Shown piece by piece: positions 1 to 14,154 of a stretch of DNA of 64,000 nt (position 1 is its first letter; each line of letters starts with the position of its first letter). The notes under the pieces were generated by a model. That model was not told the origin of the DNA and searched no databases. It saw only the letters and a list, made by a program, of their open reading frames with translations. Source of the stretch: Antedon mediterranea. Its lineage: Eukaryota; Animalia; Echinodermata. The translations under genes and the position numbers were made by a program. The stretch is from assembly GCF_964355755.1 (NCBI RefSeq), contig NC_092678.1, positions 17,358,714 through 17,422,713 on the forward strand. The letters are read 5' to 3'.

Positions 1-1259
1 TTCTTCCGCTCGAGTATTCTTTAACCCCACAGGCTACATCGTTTAGATAGCGAGATCATAAATATTTTTGTATTCTTATACTATAGGAAAGGTGATTCCA
101 TTTTGCTAAAGGAACCTTTAGAAATACAATAGCTTTATTTATTTGTAGTTTATTCAACAAGAAACGAAAACTAAATATCTAAATAAATAAAGTATAGACA
201 TAATTAATTAAATTAATAAGTACTTTTAGTACGATAAAATGTATTACCAATGGGCAAAATATGTAGCATTGATGCCATAAAAAATAAATTGACGAGTCTC
301 GGTAAACATGTAGGCTTAGCTCGTGGTTCAGTGTAGCGGAGGAAATTCACTTTAGCTGCGTATCCTTATCACCACTCCGCGATAGAAATTGGCCTAACGG
401 GTAGGCCTAGGACTTGTAGTGTGGGGGGCCTAGCAAGTCAAGTAGAGTGCCTCGGCCAACCTACGTTCCCTAGTAGGTAGAAGGTTAAGTTAGACCATGC
501 CATTTAGGCCTACTATAGCGGAAAAAATTTCTGGTGGTTCTACTTTTTTATTTGTATTAAATGATTTATCAAAGCCTATACTTATACTACCTAGTAATGA
601 ACTAAGAATTACTTCGACGGGAAAATATTGACGAGTCTCAAAAAGTGTAGGCCTCTTTTGCGGGGGGAAATTTGATTGATGTTGTATTGTAGAAATTGTA
701 CTGTATAGAATAGCTAGTAGTAGGAGCTAGTTTTTTTCTTGGAATGTGGAAGGATGTTTTCGTATCAAATTAGATTTGGATACAAATTGTTTTTTTCTAA
801 AGACGTGGTTGCAATACAATCATATAATTATGATAATAAGAGGGAAGGGGATTTTTAGGGTGTGGGGGGGGGGAGGGGCTGGGGCCTAACTAGGCTAGTA
901 GTATTAGTAGGCCTAGGCCTATACCTGTATTTATATAAATTTTTGTTCGGAAATAAAATACATAGTTTATAAACACAAATTATTCTATAAAAATATAAAT
1001 AGGCCTAAATATATTAAAAAAACCTAATTTAATGTAAGTTTGTTTTTTGTAAGACGCGCGCACAGATTGAAGGAGACATTTATAAAAATAGTCATTTGTT
1101 TGCGCTTCTAATAGCGTAATTGTTATTAAGATTGTTGTTCAAAATAACTCTTAAATTGAGGGCGCGATCGACAAACCCGTTAAATTATCCAGAGAGGGCG
1201 TACTCCAGACTAAAAAGTGATTCCAACAGGAGGGGGAACCAACAAGATGCCGGCCGTAA

Positions 1260-3999
1260 ATGTGTTCAAAAACATTATTTAATATAAAAAATACTAATCT
1301 AATATAATAATCAAAACACAATATGTTACGTTACTAAATAACATAAATACTACGTGATGATAATATTATACATTTGCATTACATCTAAAATTATCTGAAC
1401 GTTTGTCTTGAATGTTTTATAAATGTTACCTTGGTACGTTATCAAGACGTTAAAATGATACGTTAATAAATAACATAAAAACTACGTTATTATAATACGT
1501 TTTTATAACATTATTATTACATCTTAAAATAACGTTATTTTATAGTTTGTACTTTACGTTTTTACAACGTGTTTGCCGAACGTTTGCTTTGAACGTTGTA
1601 TAAATGTTATATTTGGAGTTAATCAAGACTTTAAAATGTTATGTTAATAAGTAACATAAAATATATGTTATTATAATACGTTTTTATAACATTATTATTA
1701 CATCTTAAATTAACGTTATGTTATAGTTTGCATTTTACATTTGTACAACGTATTTCACAAAGTTTGTCTTAAACGTTGTATAAGTGTTATACTTGTACGT
1801 TATTAAGACGTTAAAACGTTACGTTAATAAATAAAATTAAAACTAAGTTATTAAAAAACGTTTTTATAACATTATTGTTACATCTTAAATTAACGTTAGT
1901 TTATAGTTTGTTTTTTACGTTCGTATAACGTATTTCTGAACGTTTGTCTTGAACGTTGTATAAATGTTATATTGATACGTTATCAAGTCGTAAAAATGTT
2001 ACGTTAATGAATAACATATAAACTACGTTATTATAATACGTTTTTATAACATTATTATTACATCTTAAGTTAACGTTAGTTTATAGTTTGTATTTTACGT
2101 TCGTATAACGTATTTCTGAACGTTTGTCTTGAACGTTGTATAAATGTTATGTTGGTACGTTATCAAGACGTAAAAATGTTACGTTAATGAATAACATATA
2201 AACTACGTTATTATAATACGTTTTTATAACATTATTATTACATCTTAAATTAACGTTAGTTTATAGTTTGTATTTTACGTTCGTATAACGTATTTCTGAA
2301 CGTTTGTCTAGAACGTTGTATAAATGTTATATTGATACGTTATCAAAACGTCAAAATGTTACGTTAATGAATAACATATAAACTACGTTATTATAATACG
2401 TTTTTATAACATTATTTCTACATCTTAAATTAACGTTAGTTTATAGTTTGTATTTTACGTTCGTATAACGTATTTCTGAACGTTTGTCTTGAACGTTGTA
2501 TAAATGTTATATTGGTACGTTATCAAGACGTAAAAATGTTACGTTAATGAATAACATATAAACTACGTTATTATAATACGTTTTTTTAACATTATTATTA
2601 CATCTTAAATTAACGTTAGTTTATAGTTTGTATTTTACGTTCGTATAACGTATTTCTGAACGTTTGTCTTGAACGTTGTATAAATGTTATATTGGTACGT
2701 TATCAAGACGTAAAAATGTTACGTTAATGAATAACATATAAACTACGTTATTATAATACGTTTTTATAACATTATTATTGCATCTTAAATTAACGTTAGT
2801 TTATAGTTTGTATTTTACGTTCGTAAAACGTATTTCTGAACGTTTGTCTAGAACGTTGTATAAATGTTATATTGATACGTTATCAAAACGTAAAAATGTT
2901 ACGTTAATGAATAACATATAAACTACGTTATTATAATACGTTTTTATAACATTATTATTACATCTTAAATTAACGTTAGTTTATAGTTTGTATTTTACGT
3001 TCGTATAACGTATTTCTGAACGTTTGTCTTGAACGTTGTATAAATGTTATATTGGTACGTTATCAAGACGTAAAAATGTTACGTTAATGAATAACATATA
3101 AACTACGTTATTATAATACGTTTTTAGAACATTATTATTACATCTTAAATTAACGTTAGTTTATAGTTTGTATTTTACGTTCGTATAACGTATTTCTGAA
3201 CGTTTGTCTTGAACGTTGTATAAATGTTATATTGGTACGTTATCAAGACGTAAAAATGTTACGTTAATGAATAACATATAAACTACGTTATTATAATACG
3301 TTTTTATAACATTATTATTACATCTTAAATTAACGTTAGTTTATAGTTTGTATTTTACGTTCGTATAACGTATTTCTGAACGTTTGTCTAGAACGTTGTA
3401 TAAATGTTATATTGATACGTTATCAAGACGTAAAAATGTTACGTTAATGAATAACATATAAACTACGTTATTATAATACGTTTTTATAACATTATTATTA
3501 CATCTTAAATTAACGTTAGTTTATAGTTTGTATTTTACGTTCATATAACGTATTTCTGAACGTTTCTCTTGAACGTTGTATAAATGTTATATTGGTACGT
3601 TATCAAGACGTAAAAATGTTACGTTAATGAATAACATAAAAACTACGTTATTATAATACGTTTTTATAACATTATTATTACATCTTAAATTAACGTTATT
3701 TTATAGTTTGTATTTTACGTTTTTATAACGTATTTTTCAAACGTTAGGTCTGAACGTAATATAATTGTCACATGTAAACGTTATTAAAACGTGAATATGT
3801 TACGTTACTATACAACAATAATCAAACGTTTCTCAATTACGTAAATAAAACGTTGTGAAAACGTTTTTGTATTAACGTAATTTTATTCACATTATGTAAC
3901 GTTTTAATGACGTTGTGACAATGTACTTTTGTAACGTTATTATCGATAACCAAACTATAACGTTCGCGAATGTTGTCATAACGTTATGTGTTTGCTGGG
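1260..3999. mobile_element. One end of a TIR DNA transposon (terminus CCCAGCAAACACATAACGTT on minus strand, probably CMC/EnSpm-like) inserted in Gypsy pol
   Basis: Gypsy RNase H breaks off at SQLDK and the ORF ends in ...DPANT*, encoded by the reverse complement of 3984-3999. The partner TIR is not visible, so the left boundary is arbitrary. Confidence 0.65.
1300..3983. repeat. 180-bp tandem array rich in AACGTT palindromes (~14 units), subterminal array of a TIR transposon
   Basis: Sequence repeats exactly every 180 nt between ~1800 and 3720 and decays at both edges; it ends at a TIR-like terminus at 3999. Confidence 0.95.
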
Positions 4000-6432
4000 T
4001 CTTTATCTAACTGTGAATATCTAGATTCTGTTTCCGACAACCTTCGTGAGGCAAAAGCAACTGGTTGTTCAACATTATCAATGATATGGGAAAGTATGAC
4101 CCCTACACCATAGGGTGACGCATCACATGTCAACATTAGAGGTTTATTTCTATCATAATGTACTAAAACATTAGATGACGTCAGTAGTTCTTTAGATATA
4201 CAAAAGGCATTTTCCTGTCTATCTGACCATAACCACTCTGTATTGTGATTTAACAACTCGTATAGTGGAGCTAAAAGTGAACTTAAATCTTTCATGAATC
4301 TACCATAGTAATTCAATAAACCTAAATAGGCTTTTAATTCTGTCACATTGGTTGGGTTAGGTGCATCTCTTATTGCCTTCACCTTTGTATTTAAGGGATG
4401 AAGCCCATTTGCATCAATTTTAAACCCCAAATATTCAACCTCATTAGAATTAAATACACATTTGTCCCTTTTCAATTTAATGTTGACCTCCTTCAATTTT
4501 AGCAACAACCCTTCTAAGTTCATGTCATGCTCCCTTTGATTAGTGCCCGATACTAGGATATCATCCAAGTATGCTACAACTCCGGGCAGTCCAAATGTAA
4601 TACTATCAACAACTCTCTGAAATATTCCAGGAGCTGATGACACTCCAAACGGTAATATGTTATACTTATACAACCCTAGGTGAGTATTAATAACTGTATA
4701 CTGTTTTGACTCTTCAGACAAAATAAGTTGTTGATATGCATGCGACATGTCTAACTTGGAAAAAATTTTACCCCCGCCTAGTTTGGCAAACAAATCCTCA
4801 ATTAAAGGTAATGGGTACGTATCTACCTTCGCAACTTGGTTAATCGTTAATTTGTAGTCTCCGCAAATTCGTACGGAACCATCAGACTTAATAACGGGTA
4901 CTATAGGTGCAGCCCACTCAGAAAAATTAATAAGCGTAATTGTGCCTTCTTGCTTTAATCTGTGTAATTCTTTTTCGACCTTATCTTTGATCCCAAAGGG
5001 TATTGGCCTTGCTTTACAGAATTTGGGAACAGCCCCTTCCTTCACCAAAAGTCTGGCTTTAAATCCTTTAATTTCACCCAAATTATTCTCAAAGACTTTA
5101 TCATATTTACCAATTATTTCACTATTTAACATAGATCCTTTCGTTTGCACTTGTTTGATTTTACCCCAATCTAATTGTAGATTAGTTAACCAATTCCGGC
5201 CTATCAAGGTGGATCCTCTCCCTGGAATTACTACTAGAGGTAACATAACCAGTTTACCCTCCATACATTTCACCTTTACATGACACACACCAACTACTTT
5301 AATTTCTTCTCCAGTGTATGTTTTCAATTTAGCATCAGATGGTTTAATTATGGGTCTATCTTTACTGTTAGGCCACACTTGTTTCAACATATGATCACTT
5401 ATCACAGATACAGCGGCACCTGTGTCAATTTCCATCTTAACGTTAATACCATTTACATTTAACACTGTTTGATATGGATCAGTGCTTGTTCTACTTAGAA
5501 TAACATTATTAGTAATAGTAAACAATTCATGATATATGTCATTACAATCTCTACTAGTTGGTAAAGCTACCGTATTATAATCATATTCACAACAATCTTC
5601 ATAATCATCATTTACATCTAATTCTCCCAACTGACCCTTAACCTTTCTATTAGTATGTCCCTTTTTCTTTCCATCAGGTGGTTTATTTTTACTTCTACAA
5701 ACAATTTCAAAATGTCCTGTGATTCCACATCGATGACATTTTGACCTCTTCGCTGGACAATTTTCATCTCTGCTAAGATGACCTTCCCTGCCACATTTCC
5801 AACACTTTGCTTTCTCCCCATAGTTAGGTTTCACCTGTCTCTTAAATCTGGCTCTAGGATTACCTTGAATTTGTTTAACTGATGTATCAATCGATGGTTA
5901 TCCTGCCTCCATATTAATATCATGCACTTGTTTGTCCACTGCCAAAATTGCGCTTGAAATATCAACTGCCTTTTTAAATGTTAAATCCGGTTCTGCTAAC
6001 ATTCGCCGTTGTATTGAATTATCATTAATACCTAACACAAGACGATCCCTCAACATCTCTTCTAATGTCGCCCCAAAGTCACATGGTTCTGCTAGCCGTC
6101 TCAATCGTGCTACGTAATCCACTACACTCTCTTTATTTTGTCGATGATTAGAATAGAATTTAAATCGACTAACTATGATATTTGGCTTTGGCTCTGTATG
6201 CCCAGTTATCAAGTTAATTAAATCTTCATATGACTTGTCGGTCACCTTCGCTGGTGCCAGTAAATATTTCATCAAACTGTACGTTTTTTTTTTCACATAC
6301 CGTCAGCAACACTGCTCGTTTCTTCTCGCCGTTGTCGATATCGTTCGCAACAAAATACTGTTCTAGCCTCTCAACATAATCCGACCAGTTTTCTGCTTCT
6401 ACATATTCGTGTAGGATTCCTAATTGAGCCAT
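3984..6432 (-). pseudogene. Disrupted gag-pol polyprotein
   Basis: Gag N-terminus (W..YVERLEQYFVANDI) frameshifts in an A-run at ~6284-6293. An in-frame TAA at 5898-5900 separates the 132-aa and 616-aa ORFs, which share a frame. Truncated at ~4000. Confidence 0.9.
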
Positions 6433-6452
6433 CACAAATTACGATATGTAAT

Positions 6453-6470
6453 AATCCCACTACGTCGCCA
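6453..6470 (-). promoter_or_regulatory. Primer-binding site, tRNA-Ser(GCU)-like
   Basis: TGGCGACGTAGTGGGATT begins 3 nt after the LTR end and resembles the complement of the tRNA-Ser(GCU) 3' end (TGGCGACGAGGATGGGATT). Confidence 0.7.
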
Positions 6471-6473
6471 ATT

Positions 6474-6678
6474 TGTTGTGTACTAACACCATTTAAGGTA
6501 AATATCTGAACAATAAAAGCAAAACAAGTAAACACACGTGAGTCTAAGTTTAGTCGTTCTCCATCTTCCCCGCATCCGGGGCTTTATTCATTCTCCACAA
6601 CACTATATATATAGAGGGCGTTAGACCATTACAATCGGTTACAATTACAGTACAAGTAATGTACAGTATATGACAACA
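6474..6678 (-). repeat. 5' LTR (205 bp)
   Basis: TGTTGT...ACAACA inverted termini, TATA-like run at ~6604-6613, AATAAA (minus) at ~6583-6588, adjacent to the PBS. Host repeat resumes at 6679. Confidence 0.85.
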
Positions 6679-7945
6679 TGAAACAGACATATTTCATAGA
6701 AGTATTAATTTCTAAAACAAAATAATTGTTTTTATGTTTAACTATATGCCTCATATATGAGGCATAGAGTTAAACTGACGTTTTCATGAGAGGATTATAT
6801 ACTATTTGTTCCACGTGCACAATAAGCTTATAAAACTATTGCAGATTATACGTGAATTGGACCGGTGACGAGTCGGTGACAAACTGAACGGATCATCTAG
6901 GAGTTCTGAAACGTCTGGCCAAGTGCGCTCTCTTTGCGCAGTATTATACGGAGGCGTGTCTATTTTTGTTTTCGTATCTAATTTTGGCTTTAAAACATGT
7001 CAGCCCAAAACAATCGATACCCCTGGATCCGCCCCGTCAGAATATTGTCGATATAAAATGATGGAGGTTCAGACGTTATGTGGAACATTTAAATTGTATT
7101 ATTTGTATTCCCTCTTTAAACTTCATCTTAATTTCAATATAATAATATCAATGAAGTGATATTGTTTACTTAGAAGTGTGCCAGTTATTCAGCACTGAAG
7201 AAAACAAAATCAGAAAAATTTAAACACATGTTACCAGGTTTTTTAAAACATTAATAAAGCTAAGTGTGTTAATTAATGAGATGTAAAGCACATTTTAGCA
7301 TGAGGAAGTGAAAATATGTAGGGAGAGAAAACATAAAGTGTAGACACAGATATCACCTCACAAGCAATCTATTGCTGACCCAGTGTGAAGCCAGAAATCA
7401 AGAGTTGTTCCTGCTCCCCAATTATTGTGGTCCCTTTATTTATAAAACTTGAAAAGCAGAAAAAAGAGGAGGAGGTGTATGTTTGTTTGTTGGCAGACTA
7501 TAACGCTGGTTAAGTTTATCTTACGGACAGGTAACGCTAATAATGTACGTACCACAACATTAGGTAACCGATGCGCCCCCATTATGACACGTGTGAATAA
7601 AGAACAAGTGCTATTCCACTGTACGGAGGGATAGCTACCCGATGCCTCTCATAATAATATTATTTTTCATTCAATAACATATACTAATAATAATTTACTT
7701 TAAAACAAACGAATACAAGTAGGCATATCACTACACACAATACAACTACATACAGGAGCTTGTGTTAAAATAAAGGTTTATGGACCAATCATAATCAAAC
7801 AAAAATGGGCATATTATATTATTTGAGTTTTGGATGAATATTCTGTCTTTGCAAAGGGTAAAAAATGATGTGACAATAAGTGTGGTTATATTACAACGAA
7901 AACATACTATTTTCAAAAGTATGATAAACAAGAGAAAGCACTTAC

Positions 7946-8017
7946 AGTTGTGTCAATGATGTCAATCCATGAAACACATTTGCTGTTAATGTTGTTATTT
8001 GGTTAACGGACAACCAT
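7946..8017 (-). CDS. LRR exon (72 nt): WLSVNQITTLTANVFHGLTSLTQL
   Basis: ttttcag acceptor, GTAAGT donor, phase 2-2, typical 24-aa extracellular LRR consensus. Confidence 0.9.
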
Positions 8018-8169
8018 CTGAAAACCGTGAAAAATGCAATACATAAGTTTAGTTTTGGATGAATATTCTGTCTTTGCAAAGGATAAAAAATGAAATTATG
8101 TGACGACAATAAGTGTGGTTTTATTACAACAAAAATATACTATTTTCAAAAGTATTATAAACAAGTGAA

Positions 8170-8221
8170 ACATTCGAACACATTTGCTGGTAATGTTGTT
8201 ATTTGGTTATTGGCCAACCAC
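8170..8221 (-). pseudogene. Truncated LRR pseudo-exon (WLANNQITTLPANVFE...), donor end deleted
   Basis: Acceptor and first ~16 codons present; 3' part and donor missing relative to the 7946 exon. Confidence 0.75.
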
Positions 8222-10494
8222 CTGAAAAATGTGAAAAATGTAATAAATAATATATACAGTACCAAGGGATAGGATGATAAAACATTATATATTTTATATA
8301 TAATTTAGAAAAACAAACAAAACATAACAATAAATATCTTATTGTGCCAGCAGAGGTCAAGTCCAATTAGGCGTGTCACTCCAGAAGTGAAACCATTACA
8401 AGGTATATACAAGGACATACTAATACTTGTTTAATGTTACTTTAGCTCGTATTATCATTATTTGCATGTTTTAGCTGTTTTTCATTAACTTCTTCTACAT
8501 GATATAATTATATTTTATCTATATTTTACTGTAATCATGTTGTACTTTCCATATCATATGATGACATAGATCAATATCTACGATACAATACAACCGTTAA
8601 ATGACGATGATCCATGTGTTCTGCTATATTTTTACGTTTCGTTATGGCCGCCGATGGTGCTACAGTAACTGAATTAAATAGTCTTGAGTTCGAATAAACA
8701 ATGCCAAAATAGAAAAACTCAAAAAGAGCAAAAAGAAAGACATTACATTTGAACGTATTACGAATGAAACAGACATATTTCATTGAAGTATTAATTCCTA
8801 AAATAAAATAATTGTTTTTATGAGGAAAAGAGTTAAACTGACGTTTTCATGAGAGGAAGATATATAATATTTGTTCCTCATGCAAAATAAGCTTATTACA
8901 ACACTATTACACTAAAGCATAAAGTTACACTTAACTGTGCTTTAAAATAAACATAATTAAAAGCATTACACAGTATAGGCCTAATAGTTCACCCGATAAA
9001 AATTTCTGATTTGTCCAAATTTTTTTTAAAAAAATCTGACAAATATAAACATGAAGAAATAAAAAACAATGTCGTTAATATACATCAGACTTAAGAATAA
9101 TGACATCAATTTTCGATAATCATAAGGACGAGTTCTCGAATGATTATCTCATTTGTGCCCATGGAATTGATATTTCCTAAGTTCACCTAACTACGGAGGA
9201 ATAACGCATTTATATTATGACTACATTAATCATAATGTTTAATGATGCTGTGTTATCGAATTTTCTATGTTACTGGAGAAATCGGGATACAATACCGATA
9301 ACCAGGTGTGTTAGACCAGAATACGTTACTCCGGCTTAAAATGGAGGTATTTGCTTTAACCACGTTCTGAAATGTGTCTGTAAGATTATGTTAGGCAAAA
9401 ACAACACCTTGTATACCATAGCAGCCTGGTGTAGAGACCTATGTATTGCCTTCGCTAAATCCTTTCTTAAACTTGTTCCCACTTATACCTTCTGGAGAAA
9501 TGTTATCCATAGATATAACCCTAATATACTGCTGATTGGATTCGTCATATTATAATTGTAACACAATGTGTCATAAGAACTGTTCGTTATACCTTGGTAG
9601 TAAGTGGTGCAATTAATTAAAGAATTATATGATTTGTAAATAGTTTACACAAAGTGCAACACAGTGTGACGTATTATCTGCTACAATATCTAATGATTAC
9701 ACATTTTTAATAATTATGTAAATTCTCATTTAATAAAACACTTATAATAACAAATTACCGTATTAAACGTACAAATCAAAGTATAAAAACAATAAGTATA
9801 TACAGTACGAACAGAAATTACGATAATAAAGTGTCTATTTATTAATTTCGAAATACAAAAAAAAAATAAAAACAAATTATTTATATTGTGCCAACAGAGG
9901 CCAAAAAGACTTATGTCCAATTAGGCGTGTCACTCTGACAGTGAAACAATTACAAGGTATAATTGATATAATACTAATTTAATGTTACTTTATCTCGTAT
10001 TATCATTTCATGTTTTAGCTGTTTTTCATTAACTGTCTTTGCATGATTATAACAATGTTTTATCTAGATTGACTGTAATCATGTTGTACTTTCCATATCA
10101 TATGATTTCTCGTATTATCATTATTTGCATGTTTTAGCTGTTTTTCATATGATTTCTAGATGTATTTCAATATCTACGATACAATACAACCGTTAAATGA
10201 CGATGATCCATGTATTCTGCTATATTTTTATTTTTCATTATGGCCGCCGATGGTGCTACAGTAACTGAATTAAAGAGACAAAACAATGCCAAAATAGAAA
10301 AACTCAAAAAGAGCAAAAAGAGAGATATTACATTTGAACGTATTACACATGAAACAGACATATTTCATAGAAGTATTAATTCCTAAAACAAAATAATTGT
10401 TTTTATGTTTAACTCTATGCCTCATAGAGTTAAACTGACGTTTTCATGATATGAAGATATATACTATTTGTTCCACGTGCACAATAAGCTTATA

Positions 10495-11442
10495 TACTCA
10501 TGGTTTGTGAAAGAATATTTCATTATTCCAATGTCACAACTAAAATGGGAAGAGTACTTCAATGATAACAACATTGATTGGAAAACTTCTTGGTTACGGA
10601 AAGTATGTAAAATGAAAGATAAGAAACTAGCACAATTCAATTATAAGATGTTACATAGAATACTGCCTACCAACAAACGGCTGTACCAGTGGAAAGTTAA
10701 GGAAACACAAACGTGTGACAAATGTGGAGAAATTGAAAATGAAAATCATTTGTTTTTTAGTTGTGGATTTATTCAGAAATATTGGAGGAAAATGTTTAGT
10801 ATCTTTGTAAGTTTAAATCACAATAATATATCATTTAAACAATTAATACTAGGAACGGGAGATAAGCTAATAGATTATATTTACACTTTTTCAGCAATAT
10901 ACTATTTATAGAATAAAAATGTTATCTGCACTAAATAAGCCAGTGGGTAAATCTTTATGGAATTCATTTAAAAGCAATATGTTATATATCATTGAATGTG
11001 AAACATATAAAAATAAAGAAACAAGTATAGAAAAATGGGTAGCTTTAAGAAATAAGATTATGATAATATAATTTCTAATTTGATACGATTAACCGAAAAA
11101 GAATTACAGTGATACGGGTTACTGGTGGTACTGAGCTATTATTGGTTTTTTTTATCATGTATATAAATATATTGTATAATCCGGGTTGTAAAATGAAAAC
11201 AAACAAATGAAAATGTGTGAACTATTTTAAAACGGGATAGATGATAATGATGATCCTGTCAAGTGTATAACAAATATAAGAAAAGTAATGAAAAAAGGAG
11301 TAATACAGAATTCATAATATGTAAAAATGTTACTTATGAACTGTAACGACATTTACAAGTTAAATAATACGATTTTATGTAATATGAGATAATATGAATG
11401 TGAATAAAAGTGGTGTTTGCGCCACAAAAGAGAAAAAAAAAA
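10495..11442 (+). mobile_element. 5'-truncated Tx1/L1-clade LINE (zf-RVT C-terminus, 3' UTR, polyA)
   Basis: ORF 10468-10911 has FNYKMLHRILPTN...CDKC...ENENHLFFSC (zf-RVT motif); AATAAA at ~11404 and A-tail at 11433-11442. Confidence 0.85.
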
Positions 11443-12967
11443 TGTGTTAATTAATGAGATGTAAAGCACATTTTAGCATGAGAAAGTGAAAATATGGAGG
11501 GAAAGAAAACATAAAGTGTAGACACAATTATCACCTCACAAGCAATCTATTGCTGACCCAGTGTGAAGCCAGAAATCAAGAGTTGTTCCTGCTCCCCAAT
11601 TATTGTGGTCCCTTTATTTATAAAACTTGAAAAGCAGAAAAAGGGGAGGAGGTGTATGTTTGTTTGTTGGCAGACTATAACGCTGGTTCAGATTTTAAGT
11701 TAAGTTTATCTTACGGACGGATAACGCTAATAATGTACGTACCACAACATTAGGTAACCGATGCGCCCCCATTATGACACGTGTCAATAAAGAACAAGTG
11801 CTATTCCACTGTACGGAAGGATAGCTACCCAATGCCTCTCATAATAACATTATTTTTCATTCAATAACATATACTAATAATGATGATAATAATTTACTCT
11901 AAAACAAACGAATACAAGTAGGCCTCATTACACACAATACAACTACATACAGGAGCTTGTGTTAAAATAAAGGTTTAGTGATCAATCATAATCAAACAAA
12001 AACGGGCATATTATATTATTTTAGTTTTGGATGAATATTCTGTCTTTACAAAGGTTACACCCCCCGGGGAAATTTGGCGACCGGCACTCCAAAAAGCTGG
12101 TAACATCCCTGCGTTATTATATGAATACCTGCAAATATTGAAAAAAAAGACACACATTTCAAACTGATTGATTTAAAACAATATATTAATAATAATACTG
12201 TACAACAATACAATAAATAGATAACCACTACATTTGTCTGATATATTTCACAGTAGGCCTACAGTTATTTGTATTCAGCATTTCAGTGGGCGATTTAGAC
12301 TTCGTTTGGCACTCGAAACAATGTCAAATGAAAGGCAAGCTAATATTGCCATGAGGAGGTGCAAATCTGAGGGAGCAGAAAATATAAAGTGAACAATTCC
12401 AAACAGATATCACCTCAACTTTATTTATAAAACTTGAAAATCAGAAAAAAAAGGGGAGAAGATAGTGTATTATTTGTGGTTGTTGCCAGATGCCTAAACT
12501 CTAGAAAATGATAAATTAAGTTTATCTTACGGACGGATAACGCTAATAATAACAATTATTAATTCATAGTTATGCTTTATAGCTTTTTGAGGGTTTTTTT
12601 TCGTGCACTTAGAAGAACTTATTTAAAGTGCATTTTAAGTATTGTTTTTCTTCTAGATTATTTCAGTCATCACAATAGTTAATGTTTGTTTAATTTGGAG
12701 GTTCAGACTTAAACACAAAGTACCAATGTATAAAGTGCACTATGCTGTGTGAAATAAAACTGAAACTGAATGTACGTACCACCACATTAGGTAACCGATG
12801 CGCCCTCATTATGACGATTTTTTTAGAGAAAGATACAAACCATCTGTTGCGCGTGCGAATAAAGAACACGTGCAGCTATTCCACCGTACGAAGTGAAAGA
12901 TAACAAATGCCTCTCATAATAACATTATTTTTCATTTAATAATATTTACTAATAATGATAATAACAA

Positions 12968-14006
12968 CTAGATTTGAACTCGTAACTATGGACGAGTTAG
13001 GTTATCCGCAGCGAAAATGCCACGTGTACGTCATACTTTAGAATATTGCGCACAGAAAAACGATTATGCCATTGAAAAAATGTTAGTGTGCTCTCAATTA
13101 TATGTCACGTCTAAGTATATAGAGTATACACTATATATCTGTATACGTACTACAACCAGTGCAGAATAGGTGAAAATACCGGGACCCGCTTTGTCATCCA
13201 ATTTTTACCATGATGATGTCATCAAAATGAAACACGTAGATAGCAATTTTGGAAGGAAATTATCTGAGCAACAACATATCGTGTTGAAAAAATTTGGATA
13301 CGTAGAATACGGAAGCGCGCTCTTTTAAATGTCATGAACTATGACGCAAAATATGAAATTACGACTTTTATAATTGAACTGGCCATATGATGACGTCACA
13401 ACATCCAAATCGCATAATTTGTACATGATTTCCAGCTTCCAGAAAACGTTTTAATCATGTGTATCACTTTTTATTCTGATGAGCTATAATAAATTTAAAT
13501 TTATTGGAATGATGAAAAAAAATGATCAAAGTTATTCACGCTTTTGAACATGATGAAGTCATCGCAATTTTAAAAATTGTAAATCAAGCGAAAGATAATT
13601 GATTGACCTAGACAATATAAAAAAATGGTGGGAAATGGAATATGGATAAGTGGAGATGCGTTCTATTAAATGTGATGAGCTATGACAAAAGAGACAACAA
13701 TCCTATATTTTATATTCGAGTGGCCATACGATGACGTCACAATGTCTAGTTAGCCATATTGATACATGATCCGATATCAACAACTCATCTACTTCCAGAA
13801 TATGTAAAAAAATAAACTTCACCATGTAGTTTAGAAACTATGACTGTTTTAAAAAAGGCATAATTATGACGATTTATTTTACTTTTTCAGCAAAAACGAG
13901 CGCAAATTGTCCAATTCGACGTGCTCGTACGACGTGATTTTAAGTCGAAATTGTTTGAAAGCTGGTAAAATTACTAGAAAATACTGGAAAAACATAAATC
14001 ACGCGA
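12968..14006 (-). mobile_element. Non-autonomous Helitron/Helentron-like element, copy 1
   Basis: Minus-strand 3' end has hairpin AACTCGT...ACGAGTT followed by CTAG|T; absent from the paralogous empty site at ~11870-11900. Confidence 0.55.
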
Positions 14007-14154
14007 AAAAAAATAACATTTACTAATAATGATAATAATAATTATACGAATAGGAAAAAGGGTAAAAAATAAAATAATGTGACAATAAGTGTGGTTACAT
14101 TACAACGAAAATATACTATTTTCAAAAGTATGATAAACAAGAGAAGGCACTCAC

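Larger units (their letters stand above)
4000..6678 (-). mobile_element. Truncated Ty3/Gypsy LTR retrotransposon (Mag-like): 5' LTR, PBS, gag, protease, RT, partial RNase H
   Basis: Two CCHC-type knuckles, DTGA protease motif, YLDD RT motif, LTCDAS RNase H start. Integrase and 3' LTR are absent. Confidence 0.95.

Noticed and set aside
5898-5900. Programmed gag-pol stop readthrough
   Set aside because: The stop lies upstream of the zinc knuckles, not at the gag/pol boundary; Mag-like elements normally have one ORF.
6990-7035. CCCTGGATCCGCCCC (also ~16860, ~29630) and 12057-12111 as complete MITEs
   Set aside because: They resemble single Harbinger/hAT-like termini, but no partner TIR or TSD is visible.
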